Shown piece after piece: positions 43,485-52,057 of a stretch of DNA of 55,944 nucleotides (its first letter is position 1; each line of letters starts with the position of its first letter). The position numbers and the translations under genes are program-made. This DNA comes from a virus (taxonomy: Duplodnaviria > Caudoviricetes), in the IMG/VR virus record IMGVR_UViG_3300044476_000120, positions 1 to 55,944 of that record; one strand, 5' to 3'. Below the pieces are notes generated by a model that was not told the DNA's origin, searched no databases, and worked only from the letters and a program-made list of their open reading frames with translations.

Positions 43485-43654
43485 TCGCCCAGAGCATCCT
43501 GACCGTCCTCTCCGGAGTCATCTGCTTCGGCCTCGGGTACCTGACCAGGCTGGACGAGGACTCCGTCGACACGAGCGCCGAGGAGTGGCAGCAGCACGTC
43601 GTCTCGGCTCTCTGGGTGTCCCGGCGCCCGACCCCAGGGCAGGTGGAGCGGTGA
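43481..43654 (+). CDS. Small membrane protein
   Basis: N-terminal TM helix; ATGA overlap. Confidence 0.55.
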   Translation: MIAQSILTVLSGVICFGLGYLTRLDEDSVDTSAEEWQQHVVSALWVSRRPTPGQVER

Positions 43655-43884
43655 GCATGGGAGGAAGCGCTGGCCGCTCAGCCAGGAACAAGACCTCGGG
43701 GGCCCGGCGCGCGACGCAGCGGGAGCGCGACCTGATCGATCCCCCCGGGCGGTCCGACTGGGAGCGGGCGGAGGAGGCTCGGGAGGTTCACGCCAGCATG
43801 GTCGTCGTGACCTACGTCGTCCTCCTCTTCCTGCTCCTGGCTCTGGTCTTCGGCATCGCGGCGGTGTACTCCGCGGTCACCTGA
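43651..43884 (+). CDS. Small membrane protein
   Basis: C-terminal TM helix; GTGA overlap. Confidence 0.55.
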   Translation: MSMGGSAGRSARNKTSGARRATQRERDLIDPPGRSDWERAEEAREVHASMVVVTYVVLLFLLLALVFGIAAVYSAVT

Positions 43885-43899
43885 CGACCCCAACCACGA

Positions 43900-43934
43900 G
43901 AGAGGCCCACCGGCAGTGCTCCGGTGGGCCTCTC
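43900..43934. terminator. Terminator at convergence of the two arms
   Basis: 14-bp IR GAGAGGCCCACCGG/CCGGTGGGCCTCTC. Confidence 0.65.
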
Positions 43935-44008
43935 GGCGTTCTACGCGCGATCCGGGGTAAGTACACACCCTCGGCTTCTCAGGCCGGGAGAGGCACGCCT
44001 CGGGAGTT

Positions 44009-44380
44009 TCAAGCAGCCAGCGCGTCGTTCAGGCTGACGGGAGCCGGGTCGTCCGGGGTGGCGTTCTTGACCCCGAGGATCTGCGTCCAGAGACCGAGCA
44101 CCGCGCCGACCACGGCAAGCCAGACCGGGACCTTCTCGTCGGCGAGGATGCCGTACCCGGAGAGGAGCCCGGCAGCGGCGACGGCGAGCCCGTAGAGAGC
44201 GGCCCGGCCAGCGTCGGTTGCCTTGACGATCTGGGTGACGTTCGCTGCGACCCAGAGGACCGACGTGACGAGCGACATCCAGAGCGGGACCTTGTCCTCG
44301 CTGACGATGCCGTAGGCCGCGAGGAGCGCGATGGCTGCCCCGGCCAGGACGTAGAGAGCCTGACGTTGTTTCTGGTTCAT
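44009..44380 (-). CDS. Holin (internally duplicated, about 4 TM)
   Basis: Two R..LY....A..LL..YGI...KVP.W repeats; AAGGAG RBS. Confidence 0.8.
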   Translation of the reverse strand: MNQKQRQALYVLAGAAIALLAAYGIVSEDKVPLWMSLVTSVLWVAANVTQIVKATDAGRAALYGLAVAAAGLLSGYGILADEKVPVWLAVVGAVLGLWTQILGVKNATPDDPAPVSLNDALAA

Positions 44381-44593
44381 TCGTGTCTCCTTCTTGTGGC
44401 GGACGAGGCTAGCATACCGTCCGGGGGAGAACACGCGACCGCGCCGACCGTCGCGGGCAGTCATCGGAAGTACCTTAGACCTTGTTCCCGTTCCTTGACG
44501 ATCGGCGCGGCGAGCGGTCAGCGCCTCCGCTAAGACCCCAGAACACGCTCCATCCTCATCAGCCGTGCGGCGGCGTCAGAGGAGCACGTGACC

Positions 44594-44623
44594 AGTATAG
44601 CGCGGGTCAGGCTGGGAGGTCAG
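44594..44623 (-). promoter_or_regulatory. SigA-like promoter upstream of a ~200-nt non-coding spacer and holin
   Basis: CTGACC-N18-TATACT on the minus strand. Confidence 0.5.
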
Positions 44624-45290
44624 TGTAAGACGCGTTGATCTGGTACCACGCCTTCAGGTTGCGGAACCTGGTCGCTGTCCCAGCGGTGTCGTTGTAATAC
44701 AGAAGGGTGGGTCTCATGGACGTGGAGAACGTCTGGTTGATCGTCGCGGTCAAGTAGGACACACCATCGATCCACAACTGCCAGGTGTCCGTCGCGTCGT
44801 TCCAGAGGACTCGGATCTTGGTCCACGTCCCCGACGCCCCGTGCGTGTACCCGGAGGTTGCGCTCCACCCGACTCCATCCTGGAGGAACACCACGACGTT
44901 GTCTCCACGGAGGTTCGCGACCCACTTCCCGGTTGTGTCGCTCACCAGCCACCCGATGCAGATGTGGTCGTTGTTCGTCGAGAAGTTGGTTGGTATCTCG
45001 ACCTCACACTCCATGAGGTACGCGCAAGGCGATGTGGGAGTCGTCGTTGCATGCAGGGCTCGCATCTGAGCGCTGGCCCCGGCGAGGGATGCCTTCACGT
45101 AGGTGTCTACCGACCAATCCCCGGCGGATCCAGGGGACAGGTTGGTCAGGCTAGTCAGCGGGTCGTCGACGTACTGGACCCAACCGTTTCCGGGCCCTCC
45201 TCGGGTAGGGATGTCGATCTTCTTGTCAGCGTTCGTCACCCACTGGCTGACCTGCGACCCGGGCATGAACCGGGCCCCTGGGAAAGACAT
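44607..45290 (-). CDS. Minor tail protein, lectin/beta-sandwich-like
   Basis: W..IRV...LWIDG, FRNLK; last gene of the tail block. Confidence 0.65.
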   Translation of the reverse strand: MSFPGARFMPGSQVSQWVTNADKKIDIPTRGGPGNGWVQYVDDPLTSLTNLSPGSAGDWSVDTYVKASLAGASAQMRALHATTTPTSPCAYLMECEVEIPTNFSTNNDHICIGWLVSDTTGKWVANLRGDNVVVFLQDGVGWSATSGYTHGASGTWTKIRVLWNDATDTWQLWIDGVSYLTATINQTFSTSMRPTLLYYNDTAGTATRFRNLKAWYQINASYTDLPA

Positions 45291-45652
45291 CAGGCAGCCC
45301 GGTTGACGTACCCGGACAGGACGATCACGTTCGTCGTGGCAGCGAACGCTCTGATCTCCAGGCCAGCGCTGCCAGACCCCCGGTACGTTAGCCCTGGGAT
45401 CACCAAGGTGAGCCCAGACTTCGACGGGATCGACTGCTTGATGTGGTCGTCCGGGGACGTGGCCCCGCCCATCTCCATCGTCAACTCCACGGTCCCGGTG
45501 TGGCTGTTGTAGGCGTAGATCCATACCTCGTCTTCCACAGCCGCTGAGACCCCGGTCGTGTGGATCAGCGTCCCTGCGGTGGCAGTGGCGACCACCTTGA
45601 TCCCCCGGCCCTGCGTGCTAGCCGACAGCAGTTCTCTCGTGTACGTCGCCAT
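45290..45652 (-). CDS. Minor tail protein
   Basis: GTLIHT..DEVWIYA...GYVNR; GGAG RBS. Confidence 0.7.
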   Translation of the reverse strand: MATYTRELLSASTQGRGIKVVATATAGTLIHTTGVSAAVEDEVWIYAYNSHTGTVELTMEMGGATSPDDHIKQSIPSKSGLTLVIPGLTYRGSGSAGLEIRAFAATTNVIVLSGYVNRAA

Positions 45653-45659
45653 CAGTCTC

Positions 45660-48600
45660 CTATCCGAACATCCGTGCGGCGATCACTTCGCTGCTTGAGT
45701 CTGGCCCAGTTGATTCGGGAAGAGCATAGCGGACGACGACGACGCCAGACCCGCCAGCGCCACCGGTGCACGGAATCACCCCGCCACCGCCACCGCCACC
45801 ACCGCCAGTGTTCGCAGCGCCAGCGGTTCCAGCGTTCACCCCTACCGGGGCTCCCGCTCCTCCACCGCCCAGGCCTCCGGTTCCTCCGGATCCTCCACCA
45901 GCATCGACGCCACCGCCCCCGCCACCACCGTAATTGGCTCCCCAGACTGCGATCCCGGACCCACCATTGCCAGCGTTCGTCGCTGCGTTGGCACCGGCAG
46001 CCCCAGCGCCACCGCCACCACCGCTAGTGGAAGTCGATGCGGTTCCGCCACTGTACCCGGGAGACGAGCCGGAGCCAGCAGCCCCACCATTTCGAGCACC
46101 ACCGCCACCGCTTCCGCCGGACGAGCCGGATCCGCCATCCTTCGCGGCTCCGGCTCCGCCGCCGAGCCCACCGCGACCCCCTCCTCCAGAGGTAGTCCCA
46201 GCGAAGGACGAGTCGCCGCCAGCCGTGGCGGCGACTCCACCAGTGTACGATCCCCCAACGCCTCCAGCACCGACGACAATGCTGTAGGAGGTCGGGGTCA
46301 GCGTCGGGGTGATCGTCTTGACAGCACCGCCACCGCCTCCGCCACCGTTGCCGCCACCGCCACCGCCACCGCCGACGATCAACCCGTCTGCGAGGCCTCC
46401 TGCGGTGACTGTGAGGGTCCCGCTGGACGTGAAGACATGGTACCTGTACCCGGCGAGGTCGTATGTGGAGTTCCCTCCGGTAGCCTCGACCCCGCTGGAG
46501 ACCGTCCCTCCAGAAACAGTGGCCCACTCTACGTCCTGGTCCGAGTCGGACGCCTTCGCCAACACCTGCCCGGTGGTCCCGCCTGCCGGGAGCGCAACAG
46601 GAGGGTCGATGAACGTGACGTCACCATCCGTTGCGGACGCCTTTGCCAGCACCTGCCCGGTCGACCCGCCAGCAGGGACCCCGGATCCGTCCGCGCCAGC
46701 GGGTCCAACGATGGATGTTCCGGACCCCCAGGCGCCAGCAGTCTTGGGGCCATAGATCGTTTTCGGGTCGTTGGTGTCGATGTAGAAGTCGCCGTCGGCT
46801 CCGGTACCGGCGGAGGGGGTCCCAGCGCCGTTCAGGAGGGTACGTCCGTCAATGCCGTCGATCCCTGGGGTTCCGATCCCGCCGGACTGGAGCAGAGACC
46901 CTGCGTCCCACACCTTCAGGTTCCGGAACTCAGAAACGGAGTTGTACCCTCCGAGGGTGAACCACTGGTTCTCGTACCCGTTGGCGGTGGAGTTCAGGTT
47001 CGTGAAGTTCCCGGCGAGCACACCGTTGACGTACACCGTGGCAGCGTCTCCGACGAACACAACCCGGCAGGTCTTCCAGACGCCGTACCCGGCAGCCATC
47101 CCAGCGATCGTCGTGCTGCCCCGGGCCGTGACGTCCTTCTGGTCCGCTCCCACCTGCCACGTCGCGCCGGAGTCGTTTGTCTGGAGCAGGTGCACGACGG
47201 GGAACGACGTTCCACCAGCGGAGATCTCCGCCACGCCAACAGACGCCCTCTGGTAGGACCCGGACCCGGACACCACGCGGACGTCGACCTCGACGATGCA
47301 GACCGCTGTGGCGAGACGTGTGTTGAACCGGAGCACCCTCTGAGCGCTGGCGCCAGCGGTGGACAACTGGAGGACACCCCCAGCGATCGCCCACGTCCCG
47401 GACTCTACGGTCCATCCTGTCAGCGTAGATAGGGGGAGGTCCACGACCGGGGTCAGGACTCCCCCTCCACCGCCTCCGCCAGCGCCAGGCTTCCAGAGGG
47501 ACGACGCCTCGTCCCACACCGGCACATCTCCGTCCGCCAGACCGGTGAGATCCACGTCGGCTAGGTCGTCCAGGATCAGGGCGTCGTCGACCCAGTTCGT
47601 CCCGTCGAACCGGAGCACGTCCCCGGCGCCAGCGGTCACTGTGTTGACATCCGCCAGGTCCCGGAGCCGGGTCGCGGCGATCAGAGCAGCAGGTGTGATC
47701 GGGACGGCGGAAGCGGAGCCAGAGACGGACTGTGCGCCCATCTTGTTCAGCATGCGCTGCAGTGCCACCGCCATGGCGTCGAACCGGGACCCGACCGCCA
47801 ACTCGAGGTCGACGTTGTTATTCGCGTCTACCTTGATCGTCGCGGCCTTGACCTGAACCTGGGACGCGTCCCCGTCCCCCTCTTCCGCCTCAATCGTGAT
47901 CCAGTCGGCGACGTCGTAGTCTACGAAGATCCGTCGGCCAGCGCGGTCCGGGACGACCTTGACCTCGCGCTGGACCTTCTGCTCGGCCAGGAGGGCCAGA
48001 GATGCCATCGCGACCTGGTCCCGGGCGGTCGTGTCTCCCGCCTGCCCGGCCTCCAGCCACTTGGAGCGCTTCCTCCACTTGGATATCGACGTGGCGTCTG
48101 CAGCGGTGGAGACGCCCTGGTCAGGACCGTAGACGTACAGGTTGTTGGAGATCTCACGACGAGACTTCTTCTTGCCATGATCGACCTGCTCGCCCCCCAG
48201 CGCGAACACCATCGTGTCCTCGCGGTGGTTACCCTGCGTCTGCTCGATCCACAACTGGAACCCGGGGAGCATCTTCCACGCCGCGCCGGTCTGCTCGCAC
48301 CAGGCGTTGAGGACGTCCAGGAGCGTCGCCCCAGCGGACGCGATCAGCGTCTGGTCCGTGGCCCAGGGCTCTCCCCGACTGTCTACGGTCGCGGTGAAGG
48401 AGGTGGTGACCCAATCAAGTTCGCCCCGGGCCTGGGCCTCGGTGAGCAGGGTCAGGAACCCGCCCATCGCTGCCCCACCGAAGGCTCGCTCCGTGGACGT
48501 GAACGACGGGTAGCCCTCCGGCAGTACGACCGACCACTCCAGGCACGATCCGATCCCTCGTCCGCTGATCACGCAAGTCCGGACGCCGTCCTTGACGACG

Positions 48601-48929
48601 TCTTCCTGGACATCCTCCGCGAAGAAGGCGAACCGGGGGATCCCGTCATCTAGGACCTGCCAGACAGCCTGCTGGTCTCTGATGGGGACCGTCTGCCCCA
48701 GCGGGAGCGCGGCACTCCACAGTGGGTCGCCCATGTCAAGACTGATGGACCCACCCCCAACCCCGGACTGTTCCTTCTGGAACGTCAACTCGGCGAACCG
48801 GGATACCTCAGCGATGACCGTCGCGTAGTCCGTCTCGGACAACACCTTGCAGTACCAGCCGATGTTCTCCAACGGCAGCGGATCGAGGACTTCGATGAAC
48901 TTCGTGTTCGAGTACAGCAGCGTGCTCAC
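45660..48929 (-). CDS. Large minor tail / fibre protein
   Basis: Hub-like N-terminus, L.DLADV repeats, lectin-like region, GGTTGQVLAKAS repeats, Gly-rich C-terminus. Confidence 0.8.
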   Translation of the reverse strand: MSTLLYSNTKFIEVLDPLPLENIGWYCKVLSETDYATVIAEVSRFAELTFQKEQSGVGGGSISLDMGDPLWSAALPLGQTVPIRDQQAVWQVLDDGIPRFAFFAEDVQEDVVKDGVRTCVISGRGIGSCLEWSVVLPEGYPSFTSTERAFGGAAMGGFLTLLTEAQARGELDWVTTSFTATVDSRGEPWATDQTLIASAGATLLDVLNAWCEQTGAAWKMLPGFQLWIEQTQGNHREDTMVFALGGEQVDHGKKKSRREISNNLYVYGPDQGVSTAADATSISKWRKRSKWLEAGQAGDTTARDQVAMASLALLAEQKVQREVKVVPDRAGRRIFVDYDVADWITIEAEEGDGDASQVQVKAATIKVDANNNVDLELAVGSRFDAMAVALQRMLNKMGAQSVSGSASAVPITPAALIAATRLRDLADVNTVTAGAGDVLRFDGTNWVDDALILDDLADVDLTGLADGDVPVWDEASSLWKPGAGGGGGGGVLTPVVDLPLSTLTGWTVESGTWAIAGGVLQLSTAGASAQRVLRFNTRLATAVCIVEVDVRVVSGSGSYQRASVGVAEISAGGTSFPVVHLLQTNDSGATWQVGADQKDVTARGSTTIAGMAAGYGVWKTCRVVFVGDAATVYVNGVLAGNFTNLNSTANGYENQWFTLGGYNSVSEFRNLKVWDAGSLLQSGGIGTPGIDGIDGRTLLNGAGTPSAGTGADGDFYIDTNDPKTIYGPKTAGAWGSGTSIVGPAGADGSGVPAGGSTGQVLAKASATDGDVTFIDPPVALPAGGTTGQVLAKASDSDQDVEWATVSGGTVSSGVEATGGNSTYDLAGYRYHVFTSSGTLTVTAGGLADGLIVGGGGGGGGNGGGGGGGAVKTITPTLTPTSYSIVVGAGGVGGSYTGGVAATAGGDSSFAGTTSGGGGRGGLGGGAGAAKDGGSGSSGGSGGGGARNGGAAGSGSSPGYSGGTASTSTSGGGGGAGAAGANAATNAGNGGSGIAVWGANYGGGGGGGVDAGGGSGGTGGLGGGGAGAPVGVNAGTAGAANTGGGGGGGGGVIPCTGGAGGSGVVVVRYALPESTGPDSSSEVIAARMFG

Positions 48930-49861
48930 GGCTTCACCGTCCGGACGCGAACCTTGTGCCCCGGCGGGAAGGCCCCATTCGGGATGACCACGTCAATCTC
49001 GACGTGCTCCGGATCGATGTTCGCCACGTATGGCTCGATCACCTGACCGGCGGTACCGTACTCGGCGGACGGCGCTATCAGCGCCCACCGCAGCACTGAC
49101 AGCGCTACCCATGCGCCGTCGATCTCGATCTCCACCTGCCCGGTGTACGTGACCTGCGTGGCACCCATTCCACCGCCGAACAGTGTGAATCCATCTCCGG
49201 GCCTGCCACTGGTCTGGTAAATCGCCCACAGGTACGGCTCAGGCTGCGTCGTGTCCACGTTCCCCACGTACACAGACTCGGTCGCGTTCTCCCGGACCAC
49301 GAGCGGAGCACCGACGTTCGCGTACACCGACTCGACGCCATCTTGCGGCAGGAACAGCGGGCCCACGTTCACGTACACCGACTCGGTCGCGTTCCCCGCG
49401 TTCGTGTACGTCCGGAACGCCACGGTCCCAGTCCACATGCCGTACGACCCGGATCGGCCACCGCGCGCACGGATGTACACGTCGGTCTTGTCGGCGAACG
49501 GCCCCAGCGAGAACGTCGCCACCGACGCGACAGACACATTCGTCAACGTCTGCGTGGTCACGTTCGTGGTGAACGTCGAGTCGGTAGCAGTCTGCACCTG
49601 CACGTCCACCACGTTGCCGTCGTCACTGTTCGGATCGACACTTGCCTGCGGAGTCAGGATCGGCGTCACCATCCCCGGCGTCGGCGAAACGATGATCACA
49701 CTGTACACACGTAGGTGGCTTCGCCGCCAGATCAGGCGCTTCGTCGCGTCGTCCACCCGGATCGGTCGGGCAGTGCGTGGTTGCACCATCTGCACGTGCG
49801 GCGAGGCAGCGACAGGGAGACGGACTCCTTGCCGCCGCGCCCGCAGCCCGTAGCCAGCCAT
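48926..49861 (-). CDS. Minor tail protein
   Basis: Fn3/Ig-like segments; 3 x ESVY.NVG repeats. Confidence 0.65.
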   Translation of the reverse strand: MAGYGLRARRQGVRLPVAASPHVQMVQPRTARPIRVDDATKRLIWRRSHLRVYSVIIVSPTPGMVTPILTPQASVDPNSDDGNVVDVQVQTATDSTFTTNVTTQTLTNVSVASVATFSLGPFADKTDVYIRARGGRSGSYGMWTGTVAFRTYTNAGNATESVYVNVGPLFLPQDGVESVYANVGAPLVVRENATESVYVGNVDTTQPEPYLWAIYQTSGRPGDGFTLFGGGMGATQVTYTGQVEIEIDGAWVALSVLRWALIAPSAEYGTAGQVIEPYVANIDPEHVEIDVVIPNGAFPPGHKVRVRTVKP

Positions 49862-50307
49862 CAGGCGAGGTACACCAACTGCGCGTTCGCGTTCACCCCG
49901 ACTGCCGCGGTGCAGCGCACCCCGAGCCAGCCAGACGCGCCCACGACCGGCTGCTCATCACCGATGAACGGCACCACGAACAGGCCGCCAGCGGGCGTCA
50001 CCCGCCACGCCCTAAGCACCGTCGGCCCAGACGGCTCCGCGGAGTGGTTCTTCAGCGCCGTCGGCAACGACGCTGGGGCAGCCGGGTCCAGCGGCAGCGG
50101 AGTCACCGCCGTGCCAGTGCCAGCCGAGGTCTGCCGGACCAACTCCACAAGCACCGGAGCATCCGAGGCGGTCACCCCGTCGAAGCCGACGACCACCTCA
50201 CACACTCTGGCGCGGATCGTGGACGGAGTGGCGATCTGGAGCACCGTCTTCGGTGTCGCCGCGGTCAGCGCCACCCCATCGGCCACAGCCACGTACTTGT
50301 CAGACAT
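49861..50307 (-). CDS. Minor tail / virion protein
   Basis: GAGG RBS; tail block. Confidence 0.65.
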   Translation of the reverse strand: MSDKYVAVADGVALTAATPKTVLQIATPSTIRARVCEVVVGFDGVTASDAPVLVELVRQTSAGTGTAVTPLPLDPAAPASLPTALKNHSAEPSGPTVLRAWRVTPAGGLFVVPFIGDEQPVVGASGWLGVRCTAAVGVNANAQLVYLA

Positions 50308-50325
50308 CTTGTCTTCCTCTCTCTG

Positions 50326-51201
50326 CTACGACCAACTACCTACGGTGGCCTTCAACCGGCAACGCTGCGCTCCGAGCACAGCGTTCGTGGGAGTCGTCCT
50401 GCGGTACGTGTACACCGCACTGATCGACCCGGGCGACAGCGACGTGATCGTCTTTGTGGACGAGAAGTTCAGCCCGTCCGTGGACAGCATGTACTGCGGC
50501 GGGAACGACGGTGAGAAATCCGTCAGCGCATCAGTCGCAATCACAATTCCGTTCGCCGTCAATGTCGAGGACAGGTTCTTCACCCGGAACGTGCGATCTG
50601 CTGTGGACCCCCGTGGCGTGTTGCCCCAGTCGAAGTGCGCGCCGTCGACCCGCTGGTCCAACGTCGGGTGCCAGATCGCCACAGCCTCCGGCGTCGCCCC
50701 CACTGACGGACGCCCGTACAGGACAAGGTTCCGCAGTTCGGACCAGTTGTTGCCCAGATACCCGTCGGTCATCCACTTGATGCCCTTGCAGTTCATCAGC
50801 GTCACGCCAGTGACCGCGTCACGGTAGGCGAGCAACGACCCCACCGCGTACGAGTTCCCCTCACCGATGGCCGGAGTGACGATCTGGGTCCACGTCCCAT
50901 CCATGCCACTCGTCGTATTCGTGGACCACCACAGCGTGTTGTTCCCGTCATTGCCCTTCAGCCCGAAGGACACCCCGAAGATGTCCCGCGGCGTCGGGAA
51001 GAGCAGCGCCATGCAGTACCCGGCGCCGTACCCGCCCGCACTCAGACTAGAGGTTCCCTCACTCTCGTCGTTGCAGGCGTTCAGGTCCGCTTCCGTCAGC
51101 GACACCCGGGTCATGTTGTCGGTGCGCCACCCCACCGCGACGGTGCCATCCCTGCCGTACTCGATCCGGTTGGACGGCGGATCCGCGTAACTACCTGCCA
51201 T
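50326..51201 (-). CDS. Minor tail protein
   Basis: GGAGGAG RBS; tail block. Confidence 0.7.
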   Translation of the reverse strand: MAGSYADPPSNRIEYGRDGTVAVGWRTDNMTRVSLTEADLNACNDESEGTSSLSAGGYGAGYCMALLFPTPRDIFGVSFGLKGNDGNNTLWWSTNTTSGMDGTWTQIVTPAIGEGNSYAVGSLLAYRDAVTGVTLMNCKGIKWMTDGYLGNNWSELRNLVLYGRPSVGATPEAVAIWHPTLDQRVDGAHFDWGNTPRGSTADRTFRVKNLSSTLTANGIVIATDALTDFSPSFPPQYMLSTDGLNFSSTKTITSLSPGSISAVYTYRRTTPTNAVLGAQRCRLKATVGSWS

Positions 51202-51210
51202 GCTCTCCTC

Positions 51211-52047
51211 CTACCAGAACGCCGGTCGGTACTTCACCGCACACGTCCCCGACCCAGCATCAGCGGTCAGGGTCAGACTGTTCGCCCCCTTCGCCAGCGG
51301 CATCCAGTGGCGTGCTCCGGAGTGCGTCATCGCGCCGATCAAGTTCGCGTTGTCGCTCTGCCGGACGGCTGTGTACCAGTCGCAGTCCAAGGTTACCTTA
51401 TCGCCTCCGGAGACAGACGTTCCGGCCTTGACCCAGACGTCCGGATTCGGCGTCGTGTTCGTCACCATCGGGTTCGTCAGAGCGCCATTGAACTCGAGGA
51501 CGACCCGGTGCGTCATGGCGTCCCCGCCGGGGGTGACGACCTGGGTCACGTTCTTCGCCAGCGTGGCTGTCTGCTCGGAGCCGTAGAAGAAGGGGTCGGC
51601 CAGCAGGAGGTCAACCACCAGATTGCTCATGTTCGGACCGTTCATGTCCGGCTCCATGCCGCCAGCGATCTCGACCATCGCGGTGGCGGAGCGAACGACA
51701 TCGCCGGTGTCGAGCCAACGCTTGGTCAGCGCCACCTGGCGGGCCTCGTCCCTCCAGAAGAGGGCCCGGAGCGCGCGCAGGTTCTCCGTGTACTGGGCCC
51801 TCTCAGACCGTGAGACCGGAGGGTTCCCGTTGTCGTCGGATCCCTGAACCCACATGACGAGCGGGAGGGTGCGCTGCCCGGGAACCTTCGGGCGCCACTC
51901 GGTTCCTCGCCGGAACGCGGTCTGGCGGTTCTCTCCCCGGAAGGTCGGCACCCCGTTGCGGCCCCCACCAAGGGTGCGGATGTTCCAGGCCAGCGTCTGC
52001 AGGGAGACACCGTCGACGTCCCAGTACGTCGTGGTCGTGTTCGACAT
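51211..52047 (-). CDS. Distal tail (Dit)-like protein
   Basis: Directly after tape measure; ADPFFYG, L..GANSL, YRPAFW. Confidence 0.8.
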   Translation of the reverse strand: MSNTTTTYWDVDGVSLQTLAWNIRTLGGGRNGVPTFRGENRQTAFRRGTEWRPKVPGQRTLPLVMWVQGSDDNGNPPVSRSERAQYTENLRALRALFWRDEARQVALTKRWLDTGDVVRSATAMVEIAGGMEPDMNGPNMSNLVVDLLLADPFFYGSEQTATLAKNVTQVVTPGGDAMTHRVVLEFNGALTNPMVTNTTPNPDVWVKAGTSVSGGDKVTLDCDWYTAVRQSDNANLIGAMTHSGARHWMPLAKGANSLTLTADAGSGTCAVKYRPAFW

Positions 52048-52057
52048 GATGCCTCCG

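Noticed and set aside
44545-44565. CTGATGA (minus strand) as a hammerhead ribozyme core
   Set aside because: No correctly placed downstream GAAA and stem II
45660-49861. Diversity-generating retroelement or invertible tail-fibre system
   Set aside because: No reverse transcriptase or invertase; the repeats are short in-frame protein repeats
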